Below, in pieces: positions 7,030 to 16,145 of a stretch of DNA of 57,813 nt. How positions within the stretch are numbered: position 1 is the stretch's first letter; every line of letters begins with the position of its first letter. Location of the stretch: the IMG/VR virus record IMGVR_UViG_3300028586_000026, positions 1-57,813 of that record. The stretch is one strand, 5' to 3'. The notes below the pieces were generated by a model, which had not been told where the DNA came from, searched no databases, and saw only the letters and a list, made by a program, of their open reading frames with translations. The stretch is from a virus (lineage: Duplodnaviria > Caudoviricetes). The position numbers and the translations under genes are program-made.

Positions 7030-8165
7030 CACGCCGCCTCGAGCAGCAGCCGGGGCGGGATACGGCATCCGGGCTGGCCGGGGGGCGGGCCGAGCACCGC
7101 CTCCGACCAGGCGCCGGCATCGGACCGGAACCGATCGATCCACTTCCGCAGCGTGGGCTCAGGCCAGCGGCCGGAGGCGCCGAGGTCGATCAGCTCCTCG
7201 GCCGGGGTTGGGGCTGCCGGCACTGCGGCCAGGCCCTGTGCCGTGCGGCCCTGGCGCTGGACGGCGACGCGCTCGGCGACGGTGTCGGCCAGCAGCGACC
7301 ATGTCCGGATCGGCACCCGGCGGGCCACGGCGAGGTCGAGCAGGGTGGGTATGATCTCGGCTTCGAGATCGACCCCGGAGGCCTCCAGCCGGGCCATCGG
7401 GCTGACGACCAGGTCCTGAACCCAATCCCGGGGCAGCACCTCGCGGCATCGACGCTCGACGCGGTTGAAGTTCTCCCGGCAATTCCAGGCCAACGGCGGC
7501 GCGGCGGCGGGCGCACCAGGTACAGGTTCACAGGCGCCCGCCGGGGTATTCTCTTCTTCTGTACTGCTATGCCCTGCTATGGGTGAACGTAACGGTGTCC
7601 GTGACGTGATCGCTACGGTTTCGTCACGTCGTTCGTGACGTACATCGTGACGTTGTTCGTCACGTCCCTCGTTACGTTGACCGTTACGACCAACGTTACG
7701 GTCGGGCGTTTCGTTGACACCATTGGGTTTTTTGCCCCCGGACGGAGGGGTTTGGTCCGGCTCGGTCTTCGCCTGCCGAGCGCGTGTCGCTGCCGCCGTC
7801 CTCTCCTTTCTCGCATCCTTCGATTTTGCGGCTCTGAGCACGTCCTCACACAAAACCCGATGATAGAAGCGATTATCGGAGCACAGGACGAACCCGCGGA
7901 GGGCGATTCCCTTGACCCGTTTCCACCGTCCGCCAGCCCCAGAGAACGCCGCCAGGAGACGGTCGTCGTTGGGTAGCGAGCCCGCCGGACGCTGCCGCCA
8001 GGCGTGGCCCCAGAGCGCCACGGCGGCCTTGAATTCCTCGCCCGTGGACAGTGCCCAGAGCTCCGAATGGAACAGCCGGTCGATGTCGAGGAGGAAGCTC
8101 GAGAGGCCGGCTATGTCGATGTCGGCCGGCACCAGCGGCGCGGGCAGGTCGGATCGTTGAGTCAT
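7029..8165 (-). CDS. Replication initiator (DUF1376/YdaU-like)
   Basis: N-terminal W...PAGSLPNDDRLLA motif, internal iteron array, next to DnaB. Confidence 0.8.
   Translation of the reverse strand: MTQRSDLPAPLVPADIDIAGLSSFLLDIDRLFHSELWALSTGEEFKAAVALWGHAWRQRPAGSLPNDDRLLAAFSGAGGRWKRVKGIALRGFVLCSDNRFYHRVLCEDVLRAAKSKDARKERTAAATRARQAKTEPDQTPPSGGKKPNGVNETPDRNVGRNGQRNEGRDEQRHDVRHERRDETVAITSRTPLRSPIAGHSSTEEENTPAGACEPVPGAPAAAPPLAWNCRENFNRVERRCREVLPRDWVQDLVVSPMARLEASGVDLEAEIIPTLLDLAVARRVPIRTWSLLADTVAERVAVQRQGRTAQGLAAVPAAPTPAEELIDLGASGRWPEPTLRKWIDRFRSDAGAWSEAVLGPPPGQPGCRIPPRLLLEAA
7588..7700. repeat. Iteron array / probable replication origin
   Basis: CGTNACG palindromes at 7588, 7600, 7622, 7634, 7646, 7658, 7670, 7682 and 7694 (12-bp period). 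Confidence 0.75.
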
Positions 8166-9619
8166 CAGATGCCCCCTCTGGATTGCTGGGCGACGGCGGA
8201 ATGGGCGACGTCGCACCACAGGTTCAGCGTGGCGGGCGGACCGGATCGGTTCTTGCCGAGGATCAGTTCGAGCTTGTGCTGGACCTGCATCATGCGATCC
8301 GCGAGCTCCGGCGTGGCGTTCGCCTTGAGCTTGCGCTCGACGTAGACAGCCTCTCGGAACAGCAGCAGGACCGCGTCGGCATCCTGCTCCAGCTCGCCCG
8401 AATCCCGGAGGTCGGCCGGGGTCGGCCGGCGATCCTCACGCTCCTGCTTCTCGACCCCGCGGTTCAGCTGGGCGAGCAGGACGACGCAGATGTCCTCGGC
8501 CTTCGCCAGCTGCTTCAGCGAGCCCGAGATCTCGCCGATCTCAAGGACGCGCTGGCTCTTGTACCGGTCCGAGACCTGGATGAATTTCAGGTAGTCGATG
8601 AACACGACGCCGAGGCGCACGCCGATCTTCGCCAGCCGCCGCTTCTCGGCCTTCACCCCGAACGCGATCTGGGCGACCGTGACGCCGGGCTCACACTCCA
8701 GCCGCAGGTGCAGCTTGTCGAAGCTCGCCGCGGCCTGCTCGATCCTCCAGGCCTCCTCGTCGTCGATCTCGACGCCGGCCATGATCTTGCCGAAGGTCAG
8801 CGGCCGGTTGTGGACGTAGGACAGATCGGACAGATACCGGGCGATCTGCTGATCCCGGGTCACCTCGCACTGATAGACGAGCACGCCGGCCTCGCGCGCG
8901 GCGAGCCGGGACAGGGTCGTCATCGCGACCGTCTTGCCCATGCCCGGGCGGCCCGCCAGCAGCCAGAGCTGGCCGCGCTGAAAGCCGCCGTTCGTGACCC
9001 GGTCGAGCTCGGACAGTCCCGTCGAGATCGCGGTGGATTCCATCATGCCGGTCCTCAGCTGGTTGATGCGGTCGAGCATCCAGCGGCTGGCCTCGGGCGC
9101 GGACTGGCCGGCGAGGTGCGCCTGCGGGACGATGGCGCGGACATCGAGCAGCGCCTGCTCGGTCTCATCGATGATCGCCTGGGCGGCCGTGCCGGGCAGC
9201 GATGTGCGGACCATTTCGGTCAGCTTCTCGGCCACCGCGAGCAGCGATCGCTTCGAGGCGAGGTCGCGCACGATCGCTGCGTAGCCCGTGGCGTCGAGGC
9301 CCATCGTGTCGCCGGCACAGGCGGCGAGGTAGGCCAGCGCCGGGCGGTCGCCGATCTGCGGCCGCTGCAGGTAGCCCTTCACCGCGATCGGGCTGGGCGG
9401 GCAGCCGGCGGCCACCAGCGACTCGATGCAGGTGAACACCTCCTGGTGGTCGGCGAAGTAGAAGTGCTCCGGGCGCACGATCTGCGCGATCGCCGGCACC
9501 ACCTCGGGCCGCATCATCGCCAGGCCGAGCAGCGCCTGCTCCACCTCGATGTTGTGCGGTGGCGCGACCTGGTCGGTCGGCTGGCGGAACACCACGACGT
9601 TGTCGGGATCTCGGCTCAT
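8165..9619 (-). CDS. dnaB: Replicative DnaB-like helicase
   Basis: PPHNIEVEQALLG, GRPGMGKT, FIDYL, LAQLNR, DLRDSGELEQDAD. Confidence 0.93.
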   Translation of the reverse strand: MSRDPDNVVVFRQPTDQVAPPHNIEVEQALLGLAMMRPEVVPAIAQIVRPEHFYFADHQEVFTCIESLVAAGCPPSPIAVKGYLQRPQIGDRPALAYLAACAGDTMGLDATGYAAIVRDLASKRSLLAVAEKLTEMVRTSLPGTAAQAIIDETEQALLDVRAIVPQAHLAGQSAPEASRWMLDRINQLRTGMMESTAISTGLSELDRVTNGGFQRGQLWLLAGRPGMGKTVAMTTLSRLAAREAGVLVYQCEVTRDQQIARYLSDLSYVHNRPLTFGKIMAGVEIDDEEAWRIEQAAASFDKLHLRLECEPGVTVAQIAFGVKAEKRRLAKIGVRLGVVFIDYLKFIQVSDRYKSQRVLEIGEISGSLKQLAKAEDICVVLLAQLNRGVEKQEREDRRPTPADLRDSGELEQDADAVLLLFREAVYVERKLKANATPELADRMMQVQHKLELILGKNRSGPPATLNLWCDVAHSAVAQQSRGGI

Positions 9620-9861
9620 GCTGCGCGTCTCCGGAGCCGGGCCGGAAGCATCTCCTCCGGCAAGATCACGGCGTTCTGCATCAGTCGCGGCGGGATCTCG
9701 GCGCCGTCGTCGTAGAAACCGCGGCCGGGCACCGGGGCCCGCACCTCTGGCACGACGTGGCACACGAGGCCGTAGCGCTCGGCGGCGGTCAGCACGTCTT
9801 CGCGGCTGCCGCGGTAGAGTACCGTTCCAGATCGGGCGAGAACCCAGCGCATGGGCATCAC
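9616..9861 (-). CDS. Hypothetical protein
   Basis: 4-nt overlaps with both neighbours. Confidence 0.6.
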   Translation of the reverse strand: MMPMRWVLARSGTVLYRGSREDVLTAAERYGLVCHVVPEVRAPVPGRGFYDDGAEIPPRLMQNAVILPEEMLPARLRRRAA

Positions 9862-11054
9862 TCCGCTGCCGCGATGGTCGCGGGCCCGTCATCACCGCCG
9901 AAGCGACGAACGATGTCGGCCCGATAGGCTTCCTCGCGCTCGATTAGCTCGGCGCGGCAGCCTTCGGCGATGGCCGCCGCGGCGGTTGTCCCCGTCCCGG
10001 CGAAAGGATCTAGGATCAGGCCGCCCGGCGGCGCTACGAGGCGGCAGAGCCACCGCATCAGCGCGATCGGCTTTACGGTCGGATGTTTCGAGCCGGCTCG
10101 ATCCGCCTTTGTCGCCTTGGCGCAATAGAAGAACCGAGCCGCCGAGCCGGAATCGCCACGGAACGTGCTTCCGGCCTCGTCGATGTCGCCCGCAAAGGCG
10201 CCGTAGGTATTCCGGAACTTGTCCGATCCGCGACGATGCACAGGCGCCTGTGCGCCGGCTTGCGCTGGGAAAGCCGCGACCACCTCGTCCGAGCCGTCGT
10301 GCACGATGTTGGCGGGCCAACGTCCGGCCGCGGACGGCTCGAAACCGTTTCTCTCGACGCCAGGGGCCGCCTTGCCATCGCGGTAGTGAGACCGCAGGAG
10401 GCCGGCGCCGCCGATCAGCGCCTCATCGGTGGCAACACGACAGGCATCGATGTTGATCGCCCCCGTGCCGTGCTCCCTCAGGCATTCTTGGACGGTGCCC
10501 GCGAGCGGCTTGCGCGCCAGGACGATCGGCTCGTAGGCCGGCTTCAGCGCCGTGCCCCAGCCCGCCCACTTGTCGGATGCAGCAGCGGCGGCCTCGCGGA
10601 ACAGGTCGCTGTCCGTCACCTTGCCGAGCGCCTTCTCAGCGTCATGGCTCTTCGGGAAACCGGTTCCGAAGAGCCACATGAGCTGATCGCGAACCTCAAA
10701 CCCGGCGTCCTCGATGGCGCAGGTGAGGCGGTGAACGTTCTTCGGTGCGCCGAAGGCGACCAAGTGAGCGCCTGGCTTCAGCACGCGCAGGACGGCGGCC
10801 CAGGTCTCCGGTCGGAAGGCGATATCGCCGCCGTCCCAAGTCTGCCCCATGAAACCACGCGAGTGCCGGCCCATGGCGCCAGCGGACGTCCGCGACGATG
10901 GATCGACGCCAGACCACCGTTTGATGATCGAGGCGAAATGGTAGGGCGGATCCGTCACGCATGCGTCGAAGCGGTCGGGCGGCAGCGTGGCGAGCACGTC
11001 GATGCAGTCGCCCGCATGCAGACGGACAGCACCATCGGCGTGGAAGGATCTCAT
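9858..11054 (-). CDS. N6A/N4C DNA methyltransferase (beta class)
   Basis: TDPPY catalytic motif, HPTVKP, LDPFAGTGTT. Confidence 0.9.
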   Translation of the reverse strand: MRSFHADGAVRLHAGDCIDVLATLPPDRFDACVTDPPYHFASIIKRWSGVDPSSRTSAGAMGRHSRGFMGQTWDGGDIAFRPETWAAVLRVLKPGAHLVAFGAPKNVHRLTCAIEDAGFEVRDQLMWLFGTGFPKSHDAEKALGKVTDSDLFREAAAAASDKWAGWGTALKPAYEPIVLARKPLAGTVQECLREHGTGAINIDACRVATDEALIGGAGLLRSHYRDGKAAPGVERNGFEPSAAGRWPANIVHDGSDEVVAAFPAQAGAQAPVHRRGSDKFRNTYGAFAGDIDEAGSTFRGDSGSAARFFYCAKATKADRAGSKHPTVKPIALMRWLCRLVAPPGGLILDPFAGTGTTAAAAIAEGCRAELIEREEAYRADIVRRFGGDDGPATIAAAE

Positions 11055-11572
11055 GCCGCCCTCCCGCCGAGGCGCCCGAGGGCGCCGAGCTTCAGGCGCG
11101 AGTACTTCGGCGCCTTCTCGTGCACAGCGCACGCCCAAAGACCGAGGGCATCCGCGGCGTGATCGTCCTTCGGATCCCAGCCATGTTGGCGGGCCGCGGC
11201 GATCATGTCGTCTTTGGTCGCGTTGCCGCGCCCGGCGAAGGCCTTCTTGACGGAGGTGTTGTTGTGCTCGGCGCAGCGCACGTCGCGCCGGAAGCAGGCG
11301 ATCTCGGTCTGCCAGCACAGGCCCATGAGCTTGCGGGCGGTGTTCGAGTTGCCGGTGCCGCTGACGAACGGCGCCTCGAACACGACCAACGCTGGGCTTT
11401 CCAGCGTGATCATGTCGAGAATCCACTGGTCGTAGGCGTCGCCGAAGCGCCCGATGTCCGACCCGGTCGAAGGCAGGAGCTTCGAGCCATAGGTCGGCTC
11501 CCCGTCGGGCGAGCCGCAGGCCCACCCCAGGCGGGTGGCCAGATCGAGGGCGAGGATCTTCGGCAGTGCCAT
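11051..11572 (-). CDS. RuvC-like Holliday junction resolvase
   Basis: ILALDLA, VFE, GRGNATKDDM, DHAADAL. Confidence 0.8.
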   Translation of the reverse strand: MALPKILALDLATRLGWACGSPDGEPTYGSKLLPSTGSDIGRFGDAYDQWILDMITLESPALVVFEAPFVSGTGNSNTARKLMGLCWQTEIACFRRDVRCAEHNNTSVKKAFAGRGNATKDDMIAAARQHGWDPKDDHAADALGLWACAVHEKAPKYSRLKLGALGRLGGRAA

Positions 11573-11575
11573 GGC

Positions 11576-11989
11576 TCAGTGCACCGCCGGCTCGAGCTGC
11601 TTGATGCCCTTCAGGCGCGCCTTGTTCTCGGCCACCTGGTCCTGCTCTGCCGCCTCGGCTCCCTTCGCGGCACGGCGGGCGGCCTCGTCGCCGTCCTTGC
11701 CCTCGTCGAACAGGTCCGGGGCGGGGTTGAGATCGAGCTTCGCCCGGTAGTCGTCGAAGGCGCGGAGGTAATCGGCCCGGGCCGAGTCCTCCATGCGGGT
11801 GAGTTTGCGGCAGTCGTTGAAGGCCTTCCGGTGCACGCCGTGCACGTCCTCGGCCTTCTTCACCGCGGCGCCGAGCTCGCCGCGCGCTTCGTCCATGTCG
11901 CCCTTGTGCGAGTTGCACACGTCGATAAGGCTCTTCAGCACGCTCGGCGCGATGCCGGTGTCCTTCTTCGCTTTCAGCTTCTCGGCCAT
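11576..11989 (-). CDS. GapR/DUF2312-like DNA-binding protein
   Basis: LKSLI...ELGAAVKKAEDVHGVHRKAF...R...DY..KL pattern resembles GapR helices. Confidence 0.5.
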   Translation of the reverse strand: MAEKLKAKKDTGIAPSVLKSLIDVCNSHKGDMDEARGELGAAVKKAEDVHGVHRKAFNDCRKLTRMEDSARADYLRAFDDYRAKLDLNPAPDLFDEGKDGDEAARRAAKGAEAAEQDQVAENKARLKGIKQLEPAVH

Positions 11990-12039
11990 GACTCTCTCCT
12001 CGCGGGACTAGCCCGCCTGGTGGTTCGATCAGGGGTGGA

Positions 12040-12483
12040 TCAGGCGACCGCAGCGAGCGGCTTCCGGGCGGCCTGGCCGCCGATGACACCGAGGCCGAGG
12101 CTCTTGGCGAGCTCGGAGCGCTGGGCGCTGTAGTTCGGGCAGACCATCGGGTAGTCGGCCGGCAGGCCGAAGCGCTGGCGGTAGGCATGCGGATCGAGCC
12201 CGTGCCGGGTGAGGTGCCGCTTCAGGGTCTTGTAGGACCGGCCGTCGATGAAGCTGACCAGGCCGTCGGGCCGGATCGACTTGCGGATCTCGGACGGGCT
12301 GGGTTGGGTCGAATCGGCGTCGACCGGGGCGCCGGCCGCGCCGACGCCGGCGATCGCCGCGTGCACGGAAGCAATCAGAGCCGGCAGCTCGGACGCTGCA
12401 AGGTGGTTGCCGCGGACGTAGCTGGCGACGACCTGCGCCGTGAAGTCGACGGCGCTACCGGTTTCGGGCTGCTCTTCAGTCAT
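12040..12483 (-). CDS. mucR: MucR/Ros family regulator
   Basis: TAQVVASYV, ELPALIASVH, KSIRPD, YKTLKRHL, YRQRFGLPADYPMVCPNYS, LAKSLGLG. Confidence 0.92.
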   Translation of the reverse strand: MTEEQPETGSAVDFTAQVVASYVRGNHLAASELPALIASVHAAIAGVGAAGAPVDADSTQPSPSEIRKSIRPDGLVSFIDGRSYKTLKRHLTRHGLDPHAYRQRFGLPADYPMVCPNYSAQRSELAKSLGLGVIGGQAARKPLAAVA

Positions 12484-12527
12484 CGTGTGCTCCAGTCGCG
12501 CGGGAGCGCCCCGCGTGGGCGGGCCTT

Positions 12528-12869
12528 TCAGCCGGGGAAGCGGGGGACTCGCGGGGGCAGGCCAGCGAGGCACCCGGCATTGGCGCGCGGGACCGGCAGG
12601 CTTTCAGCCTCGAACACGTCGGCGCGGCGATGCGAGACCGCGCCATCGCGGTCGATCAGCAGCCAGTCGCCGGTCACGGGCGTGGCGGCCCGGCAGAAGT
12701 CGTTGGGCACTGTGACGTAGGCGCATTCGCCATCGGCGATGACAGTGACCCGGCTCTCGGTGGCGATTTCGTCGGTCGCCGCGATGCGCCAGGCGGTGAC
12801 GGCACGGCTGATCACGTGTGTCGGGGCCAGCAGCTCGTCGGTCGCGATGGTGCGCAACGGCGTGTTCAT
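12528..12869 (-). CDS. Hypothetical protein
   Basis: MNTPLRT...GDWLL; overlaps upstream stop. Confidence 0.6.
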   Translation of the reverse strand: MNTPLRTIATDELLAPTHVISRAVTAWRIAATDEIATESRVTVIADGECAYVTVPNDFCRAATPVTGDWLLIDRDGAVSHRRADVFEAESLPVPRANAGCLAGLPPRVPRFPG

Positions 12870-13099
12870 GGCCGGCGCTCCCGGGTGTCGGTGCGGGGAT
12901 CCTGGTCGCGATCCCAGAGCCGCGGATTCCATTCGGCCGGCGGGCAGATCGCGTCCGCGGCGGCGCCGTAGCGCTTGGCGTCGTCCGCGCGGCGGTTCCG
13001 GAAAGCGACGATCGAGCGAATGCGGGCGTTGGCCCGGGCCTCGTCCAGCTGAGCGACCCACTCGAGGAGGCGCAGGACGTGAAAGCGGATCGGCCTCAT
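12866..13099 (-). CDS. Hypothetical protein
   Basis: 4-nt overlaps with neighbours. Confidence 0.6.
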   Translation of the reverse strand: MRPIRFHVLRLLEWVAQLDEARANARIRSIVAFRNRRADDAKRYGAAADAICPPAEWNPRLWDRDQDPRTDTRERRP

Positions 13100-13512
13100 C
13101 GCGACGCCCTCCGGAAGTCCTCAGCCAGCATCTCGTCGATGGCCCGCCGCTCAGCCAGGAGCTTCAGCTTCCGCTCTTCGCGGGCGAGGTCGTCGAGCCA
13201 GGGCACCGGGTTCGCCATGGCGCCGACGACGAAGGCGAGGCCGTAGCGGTTCAGGATCGGGCCGACGTAATCCAGCGAGGGCTTGGCCTCACCGCTGAAC
13301 CACTTCTCGACCGTGCGCGCCGGTGCGTTGATGGCGTCGGCGACGCACTGCGCCGCTTTCACCGGATGAATCTGGCGCCACTGCGCCACCCATCTTTGGG
13401 GCTCAATCACCCATCCTTGGGTATCGCTGGACCCAGACTTCCGCATGTCGTTCCCCGATGCTGTGAACATCGGGGATGAGGACGGGCCGGGGATGCAGGA
13501 GGCGGCCGACAT
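13096..13512 (-). CDS. HTH regulator, CII-like position
   Basis: AAQCVADAINAPARTVEKWFSGE HTH; downstream of cro; start uncertain. Confidence 0.55.
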   Translation of the reverse strand: MSAASCIPGPSSSPMFTASGNDMRKSGSSDTQGWVIEPQRWVAQWRQIHPVKAAQCVADAINAPARTVEKWFSGEAKPSLDYVGPILNRYGLAFVVGAMANPVPWLDDLAREERKLKLLAERRAIDEMLAEDFRRASR

Positions 13513-13803
13513 CAGCGATCTCCCAGGGTGTGGAGAACCTGTGCAGACACACGAAGAGCACCCCGGCCAACAGCTGGCAGGCGGACGGGCAGAGGTGCGG
13601 AAAGGGCGGACCCCGCGGCGGGTCCGAGTCTCGATCGAAGGCCGCGGGGCGCCTCAGCTCCGGGGAGGAACCCAACGGAGCGAGAGGAAAAACGAATGGT
13701 TGACCGAGCCCGTAGACGCGATGACGACGCGACGATCCGGGCGGTATCCTGCGCGCGGGCACGAGGCCCGACCGGTGAGATCATGGGCGCGCAGATCGTC
13801 ATG

Positions 13804-14361
13804 TCAGGCAGCCCGCCGGAATACGGGCAGGCGCTGGACCGCACGGCCCAGGCGCTGAACGAGCGTCACCGCTTCAGGGGCACGCTCATCCCGCGCAACG
13901 ATGACTGGCCTCGCAGCGACCAGGATCACCGAGCCACCGGCCGCACGATGAGCAAGCCAGGACAGCAGCTCGGCGTCCTGCGCCTCGGCCTGAAGGTGCT
14001 GAGCCGCGCGCTCCATATCGAAGGCGTGCTGCGCGGCCTCGATGGCCTCCTGCGGCTCGATACGACCGGCAGAACGCGCGGCCCGGCCCAGAGCGGCGGA
14101 CTGGACGGCGAACGCCATCGCGGCCCGGCGGCACGCTGAGCCGAGCGTCAGGAGAGAGCGGGCATCGATCACGGTGGGCTCCACGCTGGAGACCGCCACC
14201 GAGGCCGCGGCCCCGACACTGGCGACGGCGATGGCACGCGATGAAGGGATGCCGGGGCTTTCTCGGCCCGTGCCCGGCGTACGGGGTCCGCACAGGGCAG
14301 TCCTGCGGAGGCCCTGGTCGAGATCAGACGCGCCAACGCGCGAAAGGGATGAGGCGCTCAT
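13804..14361 (-). CDS. Hypothetical protein
   Basis: ATGA overlap with upstream ORF; true start may be later (MAFAVQ). Confidence 0.35.
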   Translation of the reverse strand: MSASSLSRVGASDLDQGLRRTALCGPRTPGTGRESPGIPSSRAIAVASVGAAASVAVSSVEPTVIDARSLLTLGSACRRAAMAFAVQSAALGRAARSAGRIEPQEAIEAAQHAFDMERAAQHLQAEAQDAELLSWLAHRAAGGSVILVAARPVIVARDERAPEAVTLVQRLGRAVQRLPVFRRAA

Positions 14362-14495
14362 ACGACGAGCACCCAGACGAGGCCGGCGCCGAGCGTCGTG
14401 ACGACCAGCGGGAACAGCCCGCGGCACCACATCAGAGCTGCTGCGCCGACGGCGACGGAGACGACGAGCGGAGCGGTCAGCAGCGCCGTGATCAT
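14358..14495 (-). CDS. Small membrane protein (45 aa, not in ORF track)
   Basis: MITALLTAPLVVSVAVGAAALMWCRGLFPLVVTTLGAGLVWVLVV; ATGA overlaps at both ends. Confidence 0.55.
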   Translation of the reverse strand: MITALLTAPLVVSVAVGAAALMWCRGLFPLVVTTLGAGLVWVLVV

Positions 14496-14722
14496 CGCGT
14501 AGCCTCCGCGCAGATCAGGCGGGCCGTCTCGACGACGCGCTCGTTCTCGGCGTGCTGGCGCAGCAGAGCGGCCAGGTGATCAGCGGCTTCTGGATCGAGC
14601 CGCGTGAACATGTCGGCGACGATGAAGATGCCGCCCGCCGGCGCGACGCCGCAGGTTGCGACGTAGTGGCCGGCGCGCTTCACGCCGTGCTCGTCGAGGG
14701 TGAGGTCGCGGGCGGCCGGCAT
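14492..14722 (-). CDS. Hypothetical protein
   Basis: TGATG coupling to cro. Confidence 0.65.
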   Translation of the reverse strand: MPAARDLTLDEHGVKRAGHYVATCGVAPAGGIFIVADMFTRLDPEAADHLAALLRQHAENERVVETARLICAEATR

Positions 14723-14970
14723 CAGGCGGCCTCGGTCTGCGACGCTATCCGCGAGCTACGCCGATCCTGGATCTTGTCGCGTAGGCCGTAGAGCAGCTCG
14801 AAGGTGATGCCGACCGATCGGCCAGCATCCGCATCCACCAACCGCTTGAAGTAGCCCGCTGGGATGCTGTCTCGCGCCTTCAGCGTCCGAACATGGTTCT
14901 CCGGGATTCCGAGGATCTCGGAGGCTTTCGCGACGCCAAGCGCGTCTATGACATCGGAGAACGAGTTCAT
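14722..14970 (-). CDS. cro: Cro-like repressor
   Basis: Short HTH (GVAKASEILGI...RDSIP), divergent from cI. Confidence 0.75.
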   Translation of the reverse strand: MNSFSDVIDALGVAKASEILGIPENHVRTLKARDSIPAGYFKRLVDADAGRSVGITFELLYGLRDKIQDRRSSRIASQTEAA

Positions 14971-14977
14971 GGAACAA

Positions 14978-15045
14978 TCGCTACATGAGGTAGCGACAAA
15001 CGTCAACACGGCGCGTAGCGTTCCCATCGCTACCTTGCGTGTTAT
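14978..15045. promoter_or_regulatory. OR operators (3 sites) and PR promoter
   Basis: TCGCTAC-N5-GTAGCGA (14978-14996) and variants at 15003-15021 and 15027-15045; minus-strand TTGACG-17-TAGCGA. Confidence 0.8.
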
Positions 15046-15742
15046 GGACGCGAAGAAAATCAGGAAAGAGCAGGGCGAACGCCTGAAGTCCGCGCGAGCA
15101 GCTGCGGGTTACCGCTCGGCGCGCGAAGCTGCTCTGCAGAACGAGTGGCCTGAGAGTTCGTACCGCGCCCATGAGGGAGGCACCCGGACCATCGGTCAGG
15201 ATGACGCGGAGCGCTATGCGGCGCGCTTTCGGTTCGATGGGGTGGACGTGACCGCCCGCGGAATCCTGTTCGGCGACGCGGATGCTCCGGCCCAGAACGT
15301 CGAGGACCTCAACGTTGTCGGCGTGAAGGGCCTCGTGAGCGCGGGCGGGGTGATCGAGACCGCATCCGAGCAGCTTGCCGACGGCGATGATCTATACGAG
15401 ATCTCCGTCCCGTTCCCTGTCGAGGAAGGAACCATCGCGTTCCGTGTAAGCGGCACCTCGGGTTATCCGAAATTCGACCCAGACGACGTGGTTCTTTGCT
15501 CCAAACATGGAGAGAACCCGGAGCGCCTCGTTGGTCTATATGCGGTCGTTATGACAGGAGCGGGAGATCGCTACTTAAAGCGAATCCTCCAGGGCTCGAA
15601 AAAAGGCCGCTTCCATTTGGAAAGCTACAACGCACCGCTGATTTCCGATGCTCGCATCAAGTGGGCTTCGGGCATCATCAGCACTGTGCATGCCCGAAGC
15701 TGGTCCCAGGTTGCTAAGGCCGCGAAGCAGGCGGCCGAGTAG
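15044..15742 (+). CDS. cI: CI-like repressor (HTH + S24 peptidase)
   Basis: N-terminal HTH, Ala-Gly site VSAGG, RVSGTS serine, YLKR lysine. Confidence 0.9.
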   Translation: MDAKKIRKEQGERLKSARAAAGYRSAREAALQNEWPESSYRAHEGGTRTIGQDDAERYAARFRFDGVDVTARGILFGDADAPAQNVEDLNVVGVKGLVSAGGVIETASEQLADGDDLYEISVPFPVEEGTIAFRVSGTSGYPKFDPDDVVLCSKHGENPERLVGLYAVVMTGAGDRYLKRILQGSKKGRFHLESYNAPLISDARIKWASGIISTVHARSWSQVAKAAKQAAE

Positions 15743-15747
15743 CGCGA

Positions 15748-16008
15748 TCAGAACGGAAGGTCGTCGGTGATCTCGGGCGGACAGGCGCCGTAGACACCGA
15801 TGGTGACCGGCCCCTCGGTCTCCCCGATATGCTCGTCTCCCTTCAGCAGGTACGCGGCCGCTCCGCGATCCTGCTTGCCGCTACAGCTCTGCTCTGCTTT
15901 CGAGAGCGCCTCCTGCAGCGTCTTACACGGGATTGATCGCCCGGCAGTGAAGCTTCCCGTCGGCATCTTCGTGAACGTCTGCACCGCGTATCGTTCCGTG
16001 CTCGGCAT
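15748..16008 (-). CDS. Putative SOS-regulated small protein
   Basis: RBS GGAG before ATG; LexA-like box upstream. Confidence 0.7.
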   Translation of the reverse strand: MPSTERYAVQTFTKMPTGSFTAGRSIPCKTLQEALSKAEQSCSGKQDRGAAAYLLKGDEHIGETEGPVTIGVYGACPPEITDDLPF

Positions 16009-16052
16009 CGGTCTCCTCCGGTTGGCTGCCCAGATCATCCGCCTCGAAAACA

Positions 16053-16067
16053 GAACGTAGCAAGAAC
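16053..16067. promoter_or_regulatory. Alphaproteobacterial LexA box
   Basis: GAAC-GTAGCAA-GAAC fits GAAC-N7-GAAC / GTTC-N7-GTTC. Confidence 0.65.
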
Positions 16068-16145
16068 AAAATTTTTGCTACCTGTGGATGAGTGTGGATC
16101 AGTCGCTACCACCGGCAAAGCCGTACGCGGCTGGTCTGAGCGAAA

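Noticed and set aside
7588-7700. CRISPR or mini-array
   Set aside because: 7-bp units with 5-bp spacers inside a CDS and no cas genes; fits iterons.
5961-9715. Long plus-strand ORFs (541 aa, 554 aa)
   Set aside because: Antisense to the NusG-like, initiator and DnaB genes, which have clear motifs.
11055-12188. N-terminal extension making the methyltransferase 776 aa
   Set aside because: Overlaps the RuvC-like, GapR-like and mucR genes in other frames; the real start is the ATGA-coupled ATG at 11054.
13512-13844. ORF upstream of the CII-like gene
   Set aside because: Arg/Ser/Pro-rich with no motif; cannot be distinguished from non-coding sequence, so not called.
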